From Vicugna vicugna (Eukaryota), in contig MU058059.1 in NCBI GenBank assembly GCA_013265495.1, forward strand, positions 3,883,502-3,947,501: a DNA stretch of 64,000 bases, in the 5' to 3' direction. A model generated the notes under the pieces. The model worked only from the letters and a program-made list of their open reading frames with translations, did no database searches and was not told the DNA's origin. The position numbers and the translations under genes were made by a program. Below, piece by piece: positions 51,391 to 63,599 of this stretch (positions are counted from its first letter, which is position 1; each line of letters starts with the position of its first letter).

Positions 51391-52881
51391 TTTTCTGCAA
51401 AAGCTTTCTCTGTCTGTCCTGGAAGGTTCCTTCTTGGCTGGGTCACAGCTGGTTCCCCAACAGGAGGAGAAGGCAGTGACCCCTAAGTGAGTTCCAAGTG
51501 AATTTGAGTGTCCGCACATCCTTCCGCGCCAGCATGAGCAGGGACAGAGCTGAACACTAGGAGCAAGCCCGACGTTGCAAGACAAGCACAGTTTTTACTC
51601 GGTTGCATTAAGAAGCATTCAGCCCTTCCCTGGACCTGCTCACAGTCTGAGAGTTAACCCAAAGTAGGTTTTCTATTTCCAGTCTTCCCCCTCCCCCTCC
51701 CCCCTCTCCCAGTAACAGTGTTTCCCCAGTTCACCTTCGTGCCCTGACAACAGCCGGTCACGCTGGGCACACATGAACCACCGAGCATCCAAACACCAAT
51801 CATTCTGAAAAACCACCTCCAAAGAGGAAAAATACCACAGTTAGCTGAGTGTTTCTTTCCTCCTAATTCTTCCTCATATTCCTCACCCTCTTCTGCTGAC
51901 TTTTCAGGGTGCAGCTGGAACTCACCCTGCGCTGAGGAGGCATCACCCCGTTCTCTCTGAGTGCTGAGCGCCTGGCCACACACACACCTGGAGCCCGGGG
52001 TGAGCCCACGACCCCAGGGTCCCCGTCGCAGCGGCTCCCGTACCCATCTGTGCGTCCTCTTCCTTAGAGCCTCACCGCCCTGACGTCTTCCTGAGCTACT
52101 TGAGATGACACCCCTGCCCACCCCTGTAACCCACCCCCCAGTGGGATCCATCTCCTGGACATCCCTTCCCACGTGTGTAATTTGTAACAGTGTTACTTAA
52201 TAGCTGTCACTTCAGCTACCGAGGGAGCCCCCTGAGGGAAGGGGCCACACCGTGGCCGTGCCGGGGGCCTCAGAACTTCCCAAACACGTGCAGGATGGGT
52301 GCGTAAACGTTGGATGCGTTGCCTGGTTTCCCCCACCAACTGTGATGCCTGGCTTTATTAAAAACTGCCCCAGACAGAATTCAAAGTTACAGAATATTAC
52401 AAAATTTGAACATGGTGTAAACAGGTTTCATCACAGCTCTGGCAATCAAGTCAGCAGAACTCAAGCTTGAAAAAACCTGTCTCTTGGGTCAGTTCAGACT
52501 GTTTAATTCTGGCTAAAACGTCCAGACTTCTTTTCCTAAGATAAATGTTCCCCTCATTGTCCATCTGAAGCTGTTGTCAGGAGCAGGTAATGGCCAGCAC
52601 TTCTCTATACCAAGCCCTCCAGTGCTTGCCTGAGAAACAGAGACGGAATCCTTCATTCAGGAGGCAGAAAAAAGAATCTTGTCTGGGAAAATTACACACA
52701 GAGAGTCCCAACAACAAGTGTGAAGCTCTGTCTTCTCTGGTCAGTGTCTGACCGGCCAAAGCCGGTCCCTGGGAGCCCAGAGCATCAACTCAGCCAAACT
52801 TGACCCAGAGCCAGTCCTGGGGGCTGGGGGTAGGGGCACTGCACTTCTGGAGAAGGCTTTTATCCACAGCCAAAGAGTCTT

Positions 52882-53072
52882 TTTTTTTTTTTAAAGGTTT
52901 TCAGTGTTTTTTTTTTTAATTGAAGTATAGTTGATCTACGATGTGTTAGTTTCTGGTGTACAGCGTAGTGATTCACTTATATATATTCCTTTTCATACTC
53001 GAATTCATTACAAAATGTTGAATATAGTTCCCTGTGCTACACAGTAGGACCTTGTTTATCTAACAGATTCGG
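52882..53072 (-). mobile_element. Short L1 3' UTR fragment with possible 8-bp TSD
   Basis: A T-tract is followed by aattgaagtatagttgat...tagttccctgtgctacacagtagg. AGAGTCTT occurs at 52874-52881 and 53073-53080. Confidence 0.75.
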
Positions 53073-55104
53073 AGAGTCTTGATAAACTGATAGAGGAAGA
53101 GCTGAAGTTGCTAATTTTTTCCACTTTTGTAAATGTGTATTTTTTCATAACTGAGATCTGGAAGATTATAAGTCAGTAAGAGGGTGGACTGGAAAGTCTA
53201 CCTGGACATCAAAGACGTACCCGTAGGTAAACTCAGATCTGCCTGCTGGTCGATGCACATCTAAGCTATAGGTCCCGTCTTGGCCTGAAAGGTCAAAAGC
53301 TTAGCATGGAAGCTTCACGGAGGTCAAGGCGCAGCTCCTGAGGGCGAGCTCTGGACGGGGTGCTCAGCGCTGTTCCGGGACACGTCTTCGTTCAGGTGGT
53401 GCTGCGGGTTCCCCGGGCGCTGCACCCCGGGCAGGGAGCTTCCTCTGCCCTCTGGGGGACCAGCATGAACCCCTGGGATCGGAGAGTCAGAGTGAAGCAC
53501 TGCTCAAGCAGAAGCTCTCCCGGAACCGTCCGCAGATGCACTGCACCCCCGGCATCCCATCCGGCCGGGTCGGCTCGGTGTAGCTGAAAGTGCCAGACCC
53601 TCGTGTCTCTGTCCCCAGGAGGACGCTTGGTGGGTGGCAGGAAGCCAACTGAGGGCACCAAGAAGCTGCACAGGGAGCATCTGTCTGCAGGTAGCGAGGC
53701 CAGCCGGCAGGGCAGAGGGGCCGGGCCGGTGGCGTGCAGGTCAACCCCCGAGGGCGGGGTGGGCCTGTGGGGAAACAGGAAAAGGAGAGGAGGGCGTTCG
53801 GCGGAGCAAGGAGACCGGAGCTGGGTGCCTGAGCTGGGGTGGAGGAGGCCCTGGGCAGAGCTGGCCTCACCTCCTAGGCACAGAGGCACCCTTCGGGGAC
53901 AGAGCCCAAGGACAGAAGACCAGGTCCCTGCTTTGCTGGGGAGCACGGGAGTGTGGGCTGGAAGTCTCTCCCTCCCTTTTTGCTTTTGCTTTTAGTTCTT
54001 CCTCCCTTTTTACAAGCGGTTCCTAAGAACCCTGGGGAAAGCAGGTCACCAGTCCCGGTAACTTTAACTGATCCAAGCTTCCCAGGTCAGGACCCAGAGG
54101 CAGGCCGCGAGGACTGTGAAGTCCTTAAGCTCCATGAAGTCTGTCCTCGTCTTCATACCCCAGTCCTCCGCCCAGGACTCCGACATCCCCTCCTCTCTGG
54201 GGACGGCCAAGCAGGGTCTGGGCCATCAGCAGGGCAGGTGGGGACAGATGCAGGGCTGGGACTGGTGCGGCGCGGGTACCCAGTCCCGGGAGCCGCTGCA
54301 GCCCTGGAAACGAAGCGGTGTGATCACCCAGCAGTGTCCACGCGTTCAGAAGGCTGCACCGCAAGGTGGAGGATGGAGTCTGCAGGGGTCACAGCGATGG
54401 CCGATGACTCCTGAGAACCAGATCAGCCAGCAGTCCAGGCTGGAGCCAGGGCTGGGGGAGCAGGAGGGACAGGGACCGGCTTCTGCTGGAGAGACTGAGG
54501 AGTCAGCACGTGCTGTTTCTCGGGTCTGAGTCCTCGGAGTTCACTGCATCTCCTGATATCCCCTGGGTCTCCATGGTCCCAGGAGGTCTGCCGCCATCAT
54601 TGGAAATGTCCCCTAAATACCTGTGACCAAACGATAAGGTCCCTTGGGGGCCCCGGGACTGAGCGAGCCAGGGTCAACAGCAGCAGCAACCATCTCTCCG
54701 GCTGCCGTGCTTTCTTTACCCCCAGCGTGTTGAGTTTCCCGCTGAATTTCGGCGGTTGGGGAGATTTACAGGGGAAAGTGAAAGAGCAGCCCGGAGCTGG
54801 GCTGCACGTCCCTGGAACGCGGGGCCAGCACGCCCCACTCCCCAGAGAGCGTGCATCTCGCGGGCCTGCAGCCATGGGGACTTTTGGGCTCTCCCTGCAC
54901 CTGACGTGCTTAGGCTGAGGAGGATTTGCAGCTTGGGCCTGTGGACTTCCATGTCCTCTGCGCCCGTGCTTCTGCAAGACTGTGCTGTAGAAAGAACATC
55001 CAAACCCAGGGATGGTGATGACTGCTGTTCCCTGAGGATGCACGGAGCCCGAGTTTCGGAGGACCATCTGTGACATTGACACGAGCTCCAAGACAGGCCC
55101 TCGG

Positions 55105-55539
55105 TGGGCTTATCTACCTCTGCTTAATACACTGTCCCAAAGCTCGGTGGCTTTAAACAAGAGGTCTTATGAGTGTATCTCATGACAGCACGGACTGGAC
55201 TTTGGACGAGGCACCGCCAGGGGATCCCATCTCTGCTGCCTGATGTCTGGGTCCTCAGCTGCTGGCTCGGGGCTGGGAGCACTGGGCATCCGTCCCTCCA
55301 CATGCACAGGCCTTCTGGCTGGGAGCACCCCACACCATGGTGGTCAGACCGGTCAGGGCTCCCAGAGTGACAGGAAGTGGGAGCTGCCTTGCCCCAAGGT
55401 TGGGCCCTGGAACGTCACCTCCTCCAGTTTCTACTGACCAGTCACAGAACCCACTAGGGTGCAAGGGGCCGGGGAGACAGACTCCACCTGTCAAGGGGAG
55501 GCATGTCTGAGATTTGACTGCCACTTTGAATTCACCACA
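55105..55539 (-). mobile_element. ERVL-MaLR (MLT1-type) solo LTR, old
   Basis: ccaaagctcggtggctttaaacaa ... caaggggccggggagacagactccacctg ... caccaca matches the recalled MLT1 pattern. Confidence 0.7.
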
Positions 55540-57238
55540 TTTTATCATCCCCATTTTATGGAAGAGCAAACTGAGGCACAAGAAGCCAAATGATTTCTAT
55601 CTTACAGGAAACACAGCGGAGGTGGGAACAATGACCAGCCCTCAGTCTGTTCTTCCCAGGACACAGCCCTGCTCTCAACCTGTGAACGTCCCGTTCAAGA
55701 CGAGGCTTGGTGCCAGGCAAACTGCTTTCCCACGGGGTTTAGAATAAAGCACAGCAAATCACTCTGCCCCCCTTCTGTGGATTGCCTCACTCACCCAGGG
55801 GGCGCCTGCGATGCAGCTGTAGAAGCTAAAGCTTGTGTCCTGTTTGAGAGGTTGTTCAAGGTAAAAGAAGAGGGAGAAATACACATGAGTAAAGTCACCA
55901 ATGTAAATGGGAGCTACCTGGCCCCAGGGTAGGTTTCCGTCCCCGAGACGGTAGAAGTGTATTTACAGTATGAAACGAGCTGGAATCCAATGGGAAGCCC
56001 TTGTTATTATTAGATTTCCTCTCTAGAAGGATTTGTAAATGAAAACATAACTTGCTATTTTAGTGTTTTGTTTTTCAGGGAAGAAAAACCCTTTGCAAAA
56101 ACACATCTAAAAGGAAAAACTTACCCATTTCAAGCCCTTGTTTATTTTTTTATTTGCCGGGCTAAAACCGTCTCCTTTCATGTCTGATTTCGTTGGGCGC
56201 TGGGGAGAAGGAGGGTCTCTGCCTTTTTCCGAGTCTGGGAGGGCTCTTCCCAAATGCAGGCAGGACCGAGTCCTTCCTGAGCGGCCTGGAGCGCCGCCCG
56301 GCGGGCGGGCGGGGGAAGGCAGGCCCGGAATGCTTCTGGGTTACGGTCCCCCTGGATATTCTGGATCTTTCTCTAGCGTGTGTCCTACCCCAGTGTGGTG
56401 ATCTACCTCCTCAGCTACCGGCAGTCTCAAGAAAAAGGGTCTCATGGCTGCTTTTGCAATCCCGGCGCCTCCGCGGGGCTGAAATGCTTGCGACTGAGTC
56501 ACCTTCGTGCCGTGGACCGCGAGGACTTGCTCAGCTCCTTCATGCGCGTATGTTCACGTCTCATCATGCAGGTGCGGGGAAATCGGCTCTAACCCAGAGA
56601 TGATGCTGCCTGGAGATCTTAAGCCATCATTCCACCCTGCCTGATTCCAGACAGACCTTGACTCGGGACCCCGCTCCACCCACGTGCGGCCGCCCACCCC
56701 TCCGTCCTGCAGGCGAGTGGTCCACGGTCACCCTCCCGCGCGCGCTGTCGCAGCCCCTTCCGGCCGCGGTAGTCTCCCCGAGCACATCGCACACACTCAT
56801 TTCACTCTTTCCCGCTTGTCTGCCACCACCCCCAGCACCACCCCTCCCTGGGCGAGCGCCAGGCAGGGTTTTCTGTCTCTGACATTCGGTGATCTTTACC
56901 GCCCTAGCCTGGAGCAGTGCCTGGCACGGAGCGCCCCCTCCACATAATTCCCCTAGAGTGAATGCCCGAAGGGCGAACTGGACGACCCCAGTTCTCAGCC
57001 GGTTCTCCCGACAGCTTCCAAGTGCGCGGTTCTGCAGGACTTTCCCTTTGGAAGATGCATGTTGTTTTTAGAATGTCATAGAAAAAAGTCAAGCATTATT
57101 AATATTTTAAGTTGTATTTCAAATTTCGTAAGTTGCTTTTGCACAAAATATAACCACATGAATATATTCTTTTTGCAAGATAATTGAATTATTGCAACTT
57201 AAGACTAAAGTCCTCTTTACAAATACATCTATGCAAAA

Positions 57239-57329
57239 TTTTTTTAATGGCCGTGCTGGTGCTTGAACCCAGGACCTCGGGTATGCTATAAGCATGCTCT
57301 CCACCACTGAGCTATAAACATCTCCCCCC
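57239..57329 (-). mobile_element. tRNA-derived SINE, Vic-1-like (Tylopoda)
   Basis: The reverse complement reads ggggagatgtttatagctcagtggtggagagcatgcttatagcatacccgaggtcctgggttcaagcaccagcacggccattaaaaaaa, with A box TAGCTCAGTGG, B-box-like GGTTCAAGCACC and an A-tail. Confidence 0.8.
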
Positions 57330-58010
57330 TCCCACCCAGGATATGGTGTTAAAAAGAGACCATGTACAGGGTGAAACTAGGTCATCCACAAGTGGTTCAA
57401 CAAAATATACAGTAGGATTGCACTGAGCCAAGTCAGTGGGTTGCTTTTACCTGATATTCAAAGAGAACTAGCAATGTTCCACATATTTTTCAGTCTTCTT
57501 AAAAGTGATACCCATCCAAACGACTGCGTTTCAAGTGCACGTGAAACGATCTGTTCGTAAACATCAAAGCCACAGATCTTTCCGGCTTTACTGCACTCTG
57601 AGCGCGCAGGCTGACTTTGCCTACAAAATAGTGAGGGGCCTCGCTTCCCGGTGGAAAGTTTAGTCGTGAACGCAAAACGTGGCCGGAACAGGACCGCGTA
57701 ATCCAAAGTCTGCATCACTTCAGGTTCGAGGCCTCGTGGCTGTAGACGTGCGTGCAGGTGGCTTCCCCTGGCGTTCGCAGGGAGAACTGCAGGGCCCACG
57801 GACTCGGCTGGGAAGTATCTCCGCGTCCAACGTGAGAAACAGGCTCTGGCAACTTCAACTCCTAACTCCAACTTTTAAATTAGTGGAATTCCAAAATACT
57901 ACCATTTGCAGTAACGTGCACTGTGATTTTTTCCGTTAAAAGCATTTGAAAATCTGTGACTGGTCAATGAACCTAAGAGGCGGTAATGCGTGAGTTGTTA
58001 GACTAAATTA

Positions 58011-59148
58011 CAGTCGACCACTTGAACAAGGGTTTGAACGGTGTGGGCCCACTTACATGGGGTTTTTTTTCTTAAATACACTGGAAAATTTGGAGGGGAT
58101 TCGCAATAATTTGAAAAACTCGCAGATGAACGGCATAGCTTAGAAATACTGAAAAAAGTTAAGAAAAGGTTCAACATGTCATGAAATACAGAAGATATAT
58201 GACGAGACTCGTCTCTCTTTACCTAGGCATAAGGTGAGTGATACTTAATATAAAATTGATGATGTGTTCATTTTCTTAGTGTTTTATAACGTTGCTTTCA
58301 AAGAATTTCATTACCATACAGTGTTTCTCTCTGCCTCATAACTGGAGAAACTGCATATCAGACAATTATCACGGTAAGTGATTTTTTAAATGTAATAATG
58401 TTTCCAATACTATATTATGAATACGGATGTAAAACTGTATGCTACTAAAATTTCATAATGATTCGTTCGCTACTGTATCAGCGAGGCTACAGTGATGCAG
58501 TCACGTAGATTACACTAGGCAACCGTAAAGTATCGGTAGTTTACACTTGCAAATAAACCTGAATTTATTTTCCACGTTATCTTTTAATCTCTGACGTCTA
58601 AGTGTTAGTAGTACGTAAAACAGCTGCAGTGTTTCGTATCATATGAGACAGTATTGACATAGGTACTGACAGACGGTTCGTCTTGTCGGCAGGCCGTGCA
58701 AACTTAGGGTGTCAGCACAGCACAGCGCGGTAAACACACGTCCTCTCCCTTGTGCTTTTCCTTTTCTTGTTTTGAGGTGGGGTTAGTTTACAGTGTTGTG
58801 TCAGTTTCTGATGTGCAGCAGAGTGTCATACATGCCTATACATGCATTCATTTTCATATTCTTTTTCACCATAAGCTACTACAAGATATTGACTATATTT
58901 CCCTGTGTCCTTTGTGATTTTCCTAATAACGTTTTCTTTTCTCTAGCTCGCTTTGCTGTTAAGAATATAGTATGTAATACACATAATGTACAAAATACGT
59001 GTTAATCAACTGTTCGTGTTATTGGTAAGGCCTCTAGTCAACAGTGAGTTATCGGTAGTTAAGTTTTGGGGGAGTCAGTATCATATGTGGATTTTTAATT
59101 CCCCAGGGTGTTAGCATCCCAACCCCTAACTTGCTCAAAGGTCAACTG
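58011..59148 (+). mobile_element. Tigger2-like (TcMar) non-autonomous DNA transposon
   Basis: Terminal inverted repeats: CAGTCGACCACTTGAACAA on the left (preceded by TA) and TTGCTCAAAGGTCAACTG on the right. The AT-rich interior resembles Tigger2/MER28 as recalled. Confidence 0.85.
58763..58907 (-). mobile_element. L1 3' tip inserted into the Tigger2-like element
   Basis: L1 3' UTR-like sequence flanked by tcccttgtgcttttcct (58746-58762) and tcctttgtgattttcct (58908-58924), 15/17 identical. Confidence 0.8.
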
Positions 59149-60832
59149 GACTACAAAAAAGATACGGTTTTTCAGGCCATTTCAGTTCCTCGAGTATGGA
59201 TTTTGGAGTCAGTTGGTCCTGGGTTCCCATTGATTGGCTGTGTGACCTCTGGCGAGTTTCTTAGTTTCTCTAAGACTCAGTCTCCTTATACGTGTTTGGT
59301 CAGCAAGCAGGGGGAGTTGCCATCAATCAGCATGGGTGAATGAAGGAGGAGCAGGTCTGGGGAGCACAAGGAGTTCAGATTTTGACAGGTTCTATGTGAA
59401 TCTTCAGACTTCTGAGTGCACACCAGACACAGGAATCCGCATAAGTAATTCTACATCTTAATCTCATAGAGATTCGGGATGATTTTTTTTTTATCAGTGG
59501 ATTCATTAATACCAAAAAAATACAGATCATAATGGTTTCTATCAGCTTTATCCCAAAAGCCAAGGATAATTTTCTAAAATCCTATTCTAAGGAGAGGAAC
59601 CCATCAAAGTATAATAGTATTTGCTCTAAAAATTTATTTGTAAATTTGGGTTTTTTTGCAGCTCAGAATATAATTTCCCAGAGAAATGATTTTATGACTC
59701 ATGGTTAAACTCTTGGACCAAGTCTCAGACGTGTGTCTGATCTGCAAGGTGGCAGTATACTTAGGGGGAGGAAGTAAGCGCTAACACTGCCACAACACTG
59801 AGAACTCAACAAAATGCGCAACTTAATGATACAGGAGCTTCTCTGTTTCCCCATTTGTGATTTGTGGGTTGAAATAGCCAGCGTTCATCAACCCAATTCT
59901 CTCCCCAGGCAATGACAAAGATGCTTCATTTCACTGAGCATCAGCTGAGGGATGTGGGTCCAGAAATCTTGCTTCCAGCCACAGACCAGACAGGGGTGGG
60001 GAGGGGGCAGGTTTGGGATTCCAAGGAGCCTGGGGACCCTGAGAACTCTCCCAGGCTGCAGCCCAGCATTGGAGAGTGATTTGGGGGAGCAAGCAAATAT
60101 TAAGCCTTTGATGCAAATCACTTTCCTTGCATCCAAAACAAGCAGAACCCTTGGGGATATACATTTTTATGAAGGCAGGATACAGAAAGGGAATTTTTAG
60201 AATAAAAGGAAAGGATGGCCTCAGATGGGGTCACTTGGGCAGCAGGCAGCCTGGGGAGGGGGAACATTAAGTGTCTGAAGGGGCCCAGAGTGGAGGTGAG
60301 GCCAGCTTGGAAGAAGGGGAGGAGGCAGGAGGTGGGTTGAAGGTACAAAAACAACCTTGGCTTAGGTTCTGGTAGCGGCTGCAGTGACAGCAAGAATTAC
60401 TTTCTTGTCTTGGGTCTCCAGGGCTCGAAGTTCGCCATCAGGTCTGGTTTGAAGAGCTACACGCTTCCTCGTTTGGCCCAAGTTTTCCATTCCCACCCAA
60501 GCTGGCTTCTCAGTGTAAACAGATTCCCCCCACTCAGTTTTCCTGAAGGAGGGAAGGGGCGGGAAGAAGCTGGGGTATTGTCACCCTGTTACTGTCCCCG
60601 TCTCCCTCCTCTTGCCCCTCTTCCTGGGAATGTGAGTTACCCCATGCTCACACACCTCCTCGTCACAGGTCTTTGGGACCTCAACCCTCAAACGCCATGG
60701 GGCTGGCGTGGCTTTTTCTTTCTTTCTCTTTTTCATTCTTTCTGTGTTGATGCTTGCTTTTGTGTGTGGTGCAGGACTGGTACTTGTGTTCCCTGGTAGA
60801 GTGCACGTCCTGTGAGGGCGGGCATTGGGTCC

Positions 60833-61520
60833 TGACAGGGCTCTGAACAGAACGGGGAAGAACAGAACTGACCCCATCCTGCACCTGTTTCTTTTACTCT
60901 AACCCTTGGATTCTGTTGCTTTTGCTACAAGTTGATCATTAAAGGGAGGTTGCCTGTAAGCTTAAGTGACATATAGTGGCCCAGCCCGGGAACCCTGACT
61001 CCCAGGTATAAGCGTTAAGCTAGAACACCTTTTACAGCTCCCGGGAAGCATCCTGACCAGGCCCACCTGTGAGTGGCTGCGGGCGGGAAGGAAGACACGA
61101 GCTGGAGGCTGATGGGAACCAGGTTTGACTCTGCTCCCTCCGCTTCCGGTATCAAAGAAGCCTGAATTCTAACTCGAGGAAGATGGTTCTTTGGGACACT
61201 AGACCATCTTCTCAGTCTGCTGGCTTTTTGAATTAAGTCGCTATTCCTTGCCCCACCACCTCATCTCTCTATTCACTGGCCTGTCGTGTGGGGAGCAGAT
61301 CGAGCTTGGACTCGGTAACAAGAACACACTACACCAAACTACAGCACCTTGGCATCCTGAAAATTTTAAGCCAAAGGAATCTGAGAAGCAGCAGGTGCAG
61401 GAAGGACACTCTGACTTCTCCCTTCTCTCCTGAAGCAGCGCGTGACACCCACAGCGAGGAGAAGGTTCTCCAGCCACTTAGCATCCTTGGAAGGGTCTGA
61501 ATGTGAAGCCGACAAACAGA
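60833..61520 (+). mobile_element. Older MER34/MER39-like LTR interrupted by the 60849-61320 LTR
   Basis: Joining tgacagggctctgaac to acactacaccaaactacagcaccttggcat restores a start resembling the recalled MER34/39 5' end; gaac appears on both sides of the insert. Confidence 0.45.
60849..61320 (+). mobile_element. ERV1-type solo LTR
   Basis: Ends ...ggcctgtcgtgtggggagcagatcgagcttggactcggtaaCA and is homologous, in inverted orientation, to the ends of 62148-63084. The 5' end is approximate. Confidence 0.7.
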
Positions 61521-62147
61521 ACAGGAGAAAAGCGTGCATATTCATGGGTGACATGGGAACCTCATAAGGAAACCCAGACTGGAGGAACAGACTGTGGACT
61601 TTTCTGTGGGATTCTGTGGACACCACACGTGAGGACACTCAGGCCACGGCAGGGTGATGGGAGGCCTCGTGCCTGAGTGGTAACTACACCACCAGGTGAG
61701 ACGAGGGCAGGAGGGCGGACGGGGCGGACCAAGGCCGGTTCACCCAGACACCACAGGAAAGGTGGGTATTTGGGAAGAGACGCAGGTAGATTGGTAGACG
61801 GGGTGGTGAGGCCAAATGGAAGGTCTCTTCTAATTACTAATATAAATTTTTTAATTAAACAGGAAGTAAGAGTTGCCACGCAGGTGGGCAGGGAGATTGT
61901 GCTGGAGTTTTGAGGAGAAGAAGGGTGTGAACAGCCATCCTGGTGAACGGGGACTGGGCCAGGGAAGGCGCAATGGCTCAGCCGCGCAGAGGCCCCTCTG
62001 ATCTCTGTGAGCATCAGTTTGAGTAATAGGCCACGGTAGCGGCAGTGCTTTTCTCCAGCTGTGTTCACTTGCTCAGAGCCGTTCCAGAGTCAGCGGAGAG
62101 TTGGGGGTTTTCCAGACAAGGAGAAAGGAGGGACAGGGGCCAAGGAG

Positions 62148-63084
62148 TGTTATCACGTCCAAACTCGTTCTGCTCACCTCATGACAGGCCAGTAAATCAG
62201 GAGATGAGGTGCTGGGGCAGGAATAACGCTTTTATTCAGAAAGCCAGCAGACTGAGAGGATGGCAGACTGATGTCCTTGAAAACCATCTTACCAAGTCAG
62301 AATTTAGGCTCCTCTTAGACTAAAAGGGGGAGGGGGGTGTGGTTAATTGTTGGAGGTCTTTTGGTGTCGGAATCCTTTGTTCTTTTTTTTTAATTGAAGT
62401 ACAGTTACAATGTGTCAATTTCTAGTGTACAGCACAATGTTTCAGTCATTCATATATATACATATATTCATTTTCATGTTTTTTATTGAAGGTTATTACA
62501 AGATATTGAATATAGTTTCCTGTGCCCTACAGAAGAAGTTTGTGTTTTTTAGTGTATTTTTATATATCTCAAACTCCCAAATTTATCCTTTCCCACCCCC
62601 TTTCCCAGGTAACCATAAGATTGTTTACTATGTCTGCCAGTCTGCGTCTGCCAGTCTGTTTCTGTTTTGTAGATGAGTTCATTAATGTCCTTTTTCTTTT
62701 TTTAGGTTCCGCATATGAGTGATACCATGTGGTATTTTTCTTTTCTCTTTCTGGCTCACTTCACTTAGAATGATTTCTAGGTCCATCCATGTTGCTGCAA
62801 ATGGCATGATTTTATTCTTTTTTATGGCTGAGTAGTGGAATCCTTCGTTCTTGCAGCTGTCCTCGTAGGTCAGGTCATGGTGTCCGTGTAAACCTCCAAC
62901 AAGACAAATGTTATTCTCTGTTCTGCAACTGTTACACCCTAAAACGTCAGAGACTTGAGAAGGGGCTCTCCTATACACTTAAGGCTACAAAGTGCAGAGC
63001 CCGCGTGACTCAGCCCAGAAAACAGCACAGCCAGAGCCAAAGGATCAGAGGTATTATGGAGTCAGGTTTGTTCTTCCTCCTACA
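62148..63084 (-). mobile_element. ERV1-type solo LTR with 4-bp TSD, interrupted by an L1 fragment
   Basis: TG...CA termini (tgtt at 62148, taca ending 63084). GGAG is duplicated at 62144-62147 and 63085-63088. Minus-strand AATAAA at 62231-62236. Confidence 0.85.
62385..62836 (-). mobile_element. 5'-truncated L1 inside the LTR, 16-bp TSD
   Basis: Peptide YSAIKKNKIMPFAATWMDLEIILSEVSQKEK. Flanks are ggaatcctttgttctt (62369-62384) and ggaatccttcgttctt (62837-62852), 15/16 identical. Confidence 0.9.
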
Positions 63085-63599
63085 GGAGGCTGAGGGTGTG
63101 TGCAAAAGAGTAGCTAGAATGACGGAACACGGAAGGTACGCTGAGAAGGAGGGCCGTGAACAGGAGCAGAGGGTCAGGGAAAGGTGGGAGTTCCGCAGAG
63201 GGTGAAGAACGATCCCGCGGGAAGGGGCGCCAGGCGGACAGCAGCGGGTAAGGCAGCTGCTTGAAACTGACGCGTGGGGCACGGCTACTAGGACTTAGTA
63301 ACTAGGGATAGTAAGGGGGAGGGTGTGACCCCGGGACGGGTGGCCCAGCTGGCCGGGCTGGGGAGGGGTCTGCGAAGGCACTGCAGGAACCGCCGTGTGG
63401 ATGCTGAGACCGTGAGTCGAGCAACTGTGCTAACTGGCCGTTATTTCTGCCGGACCTTTGCAGGCGAGCCCAACCCCCTGCACTTCCCTCAGAGCGCTCA
63501 CCACTTTGTATCGGTCAGCGATTATCTGACAGTGACCCGGACGGACAGCAGTGTTTGTTCACTGACTGACTGACTGACGGCGCTCAGATGCAAGAACAA

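Noticed and set aside
57239..57329. Possible tRNA gene
   Set aside because: Degenerate stems and B box plus an A-tail indicate a SINE, not a functional tRNA.
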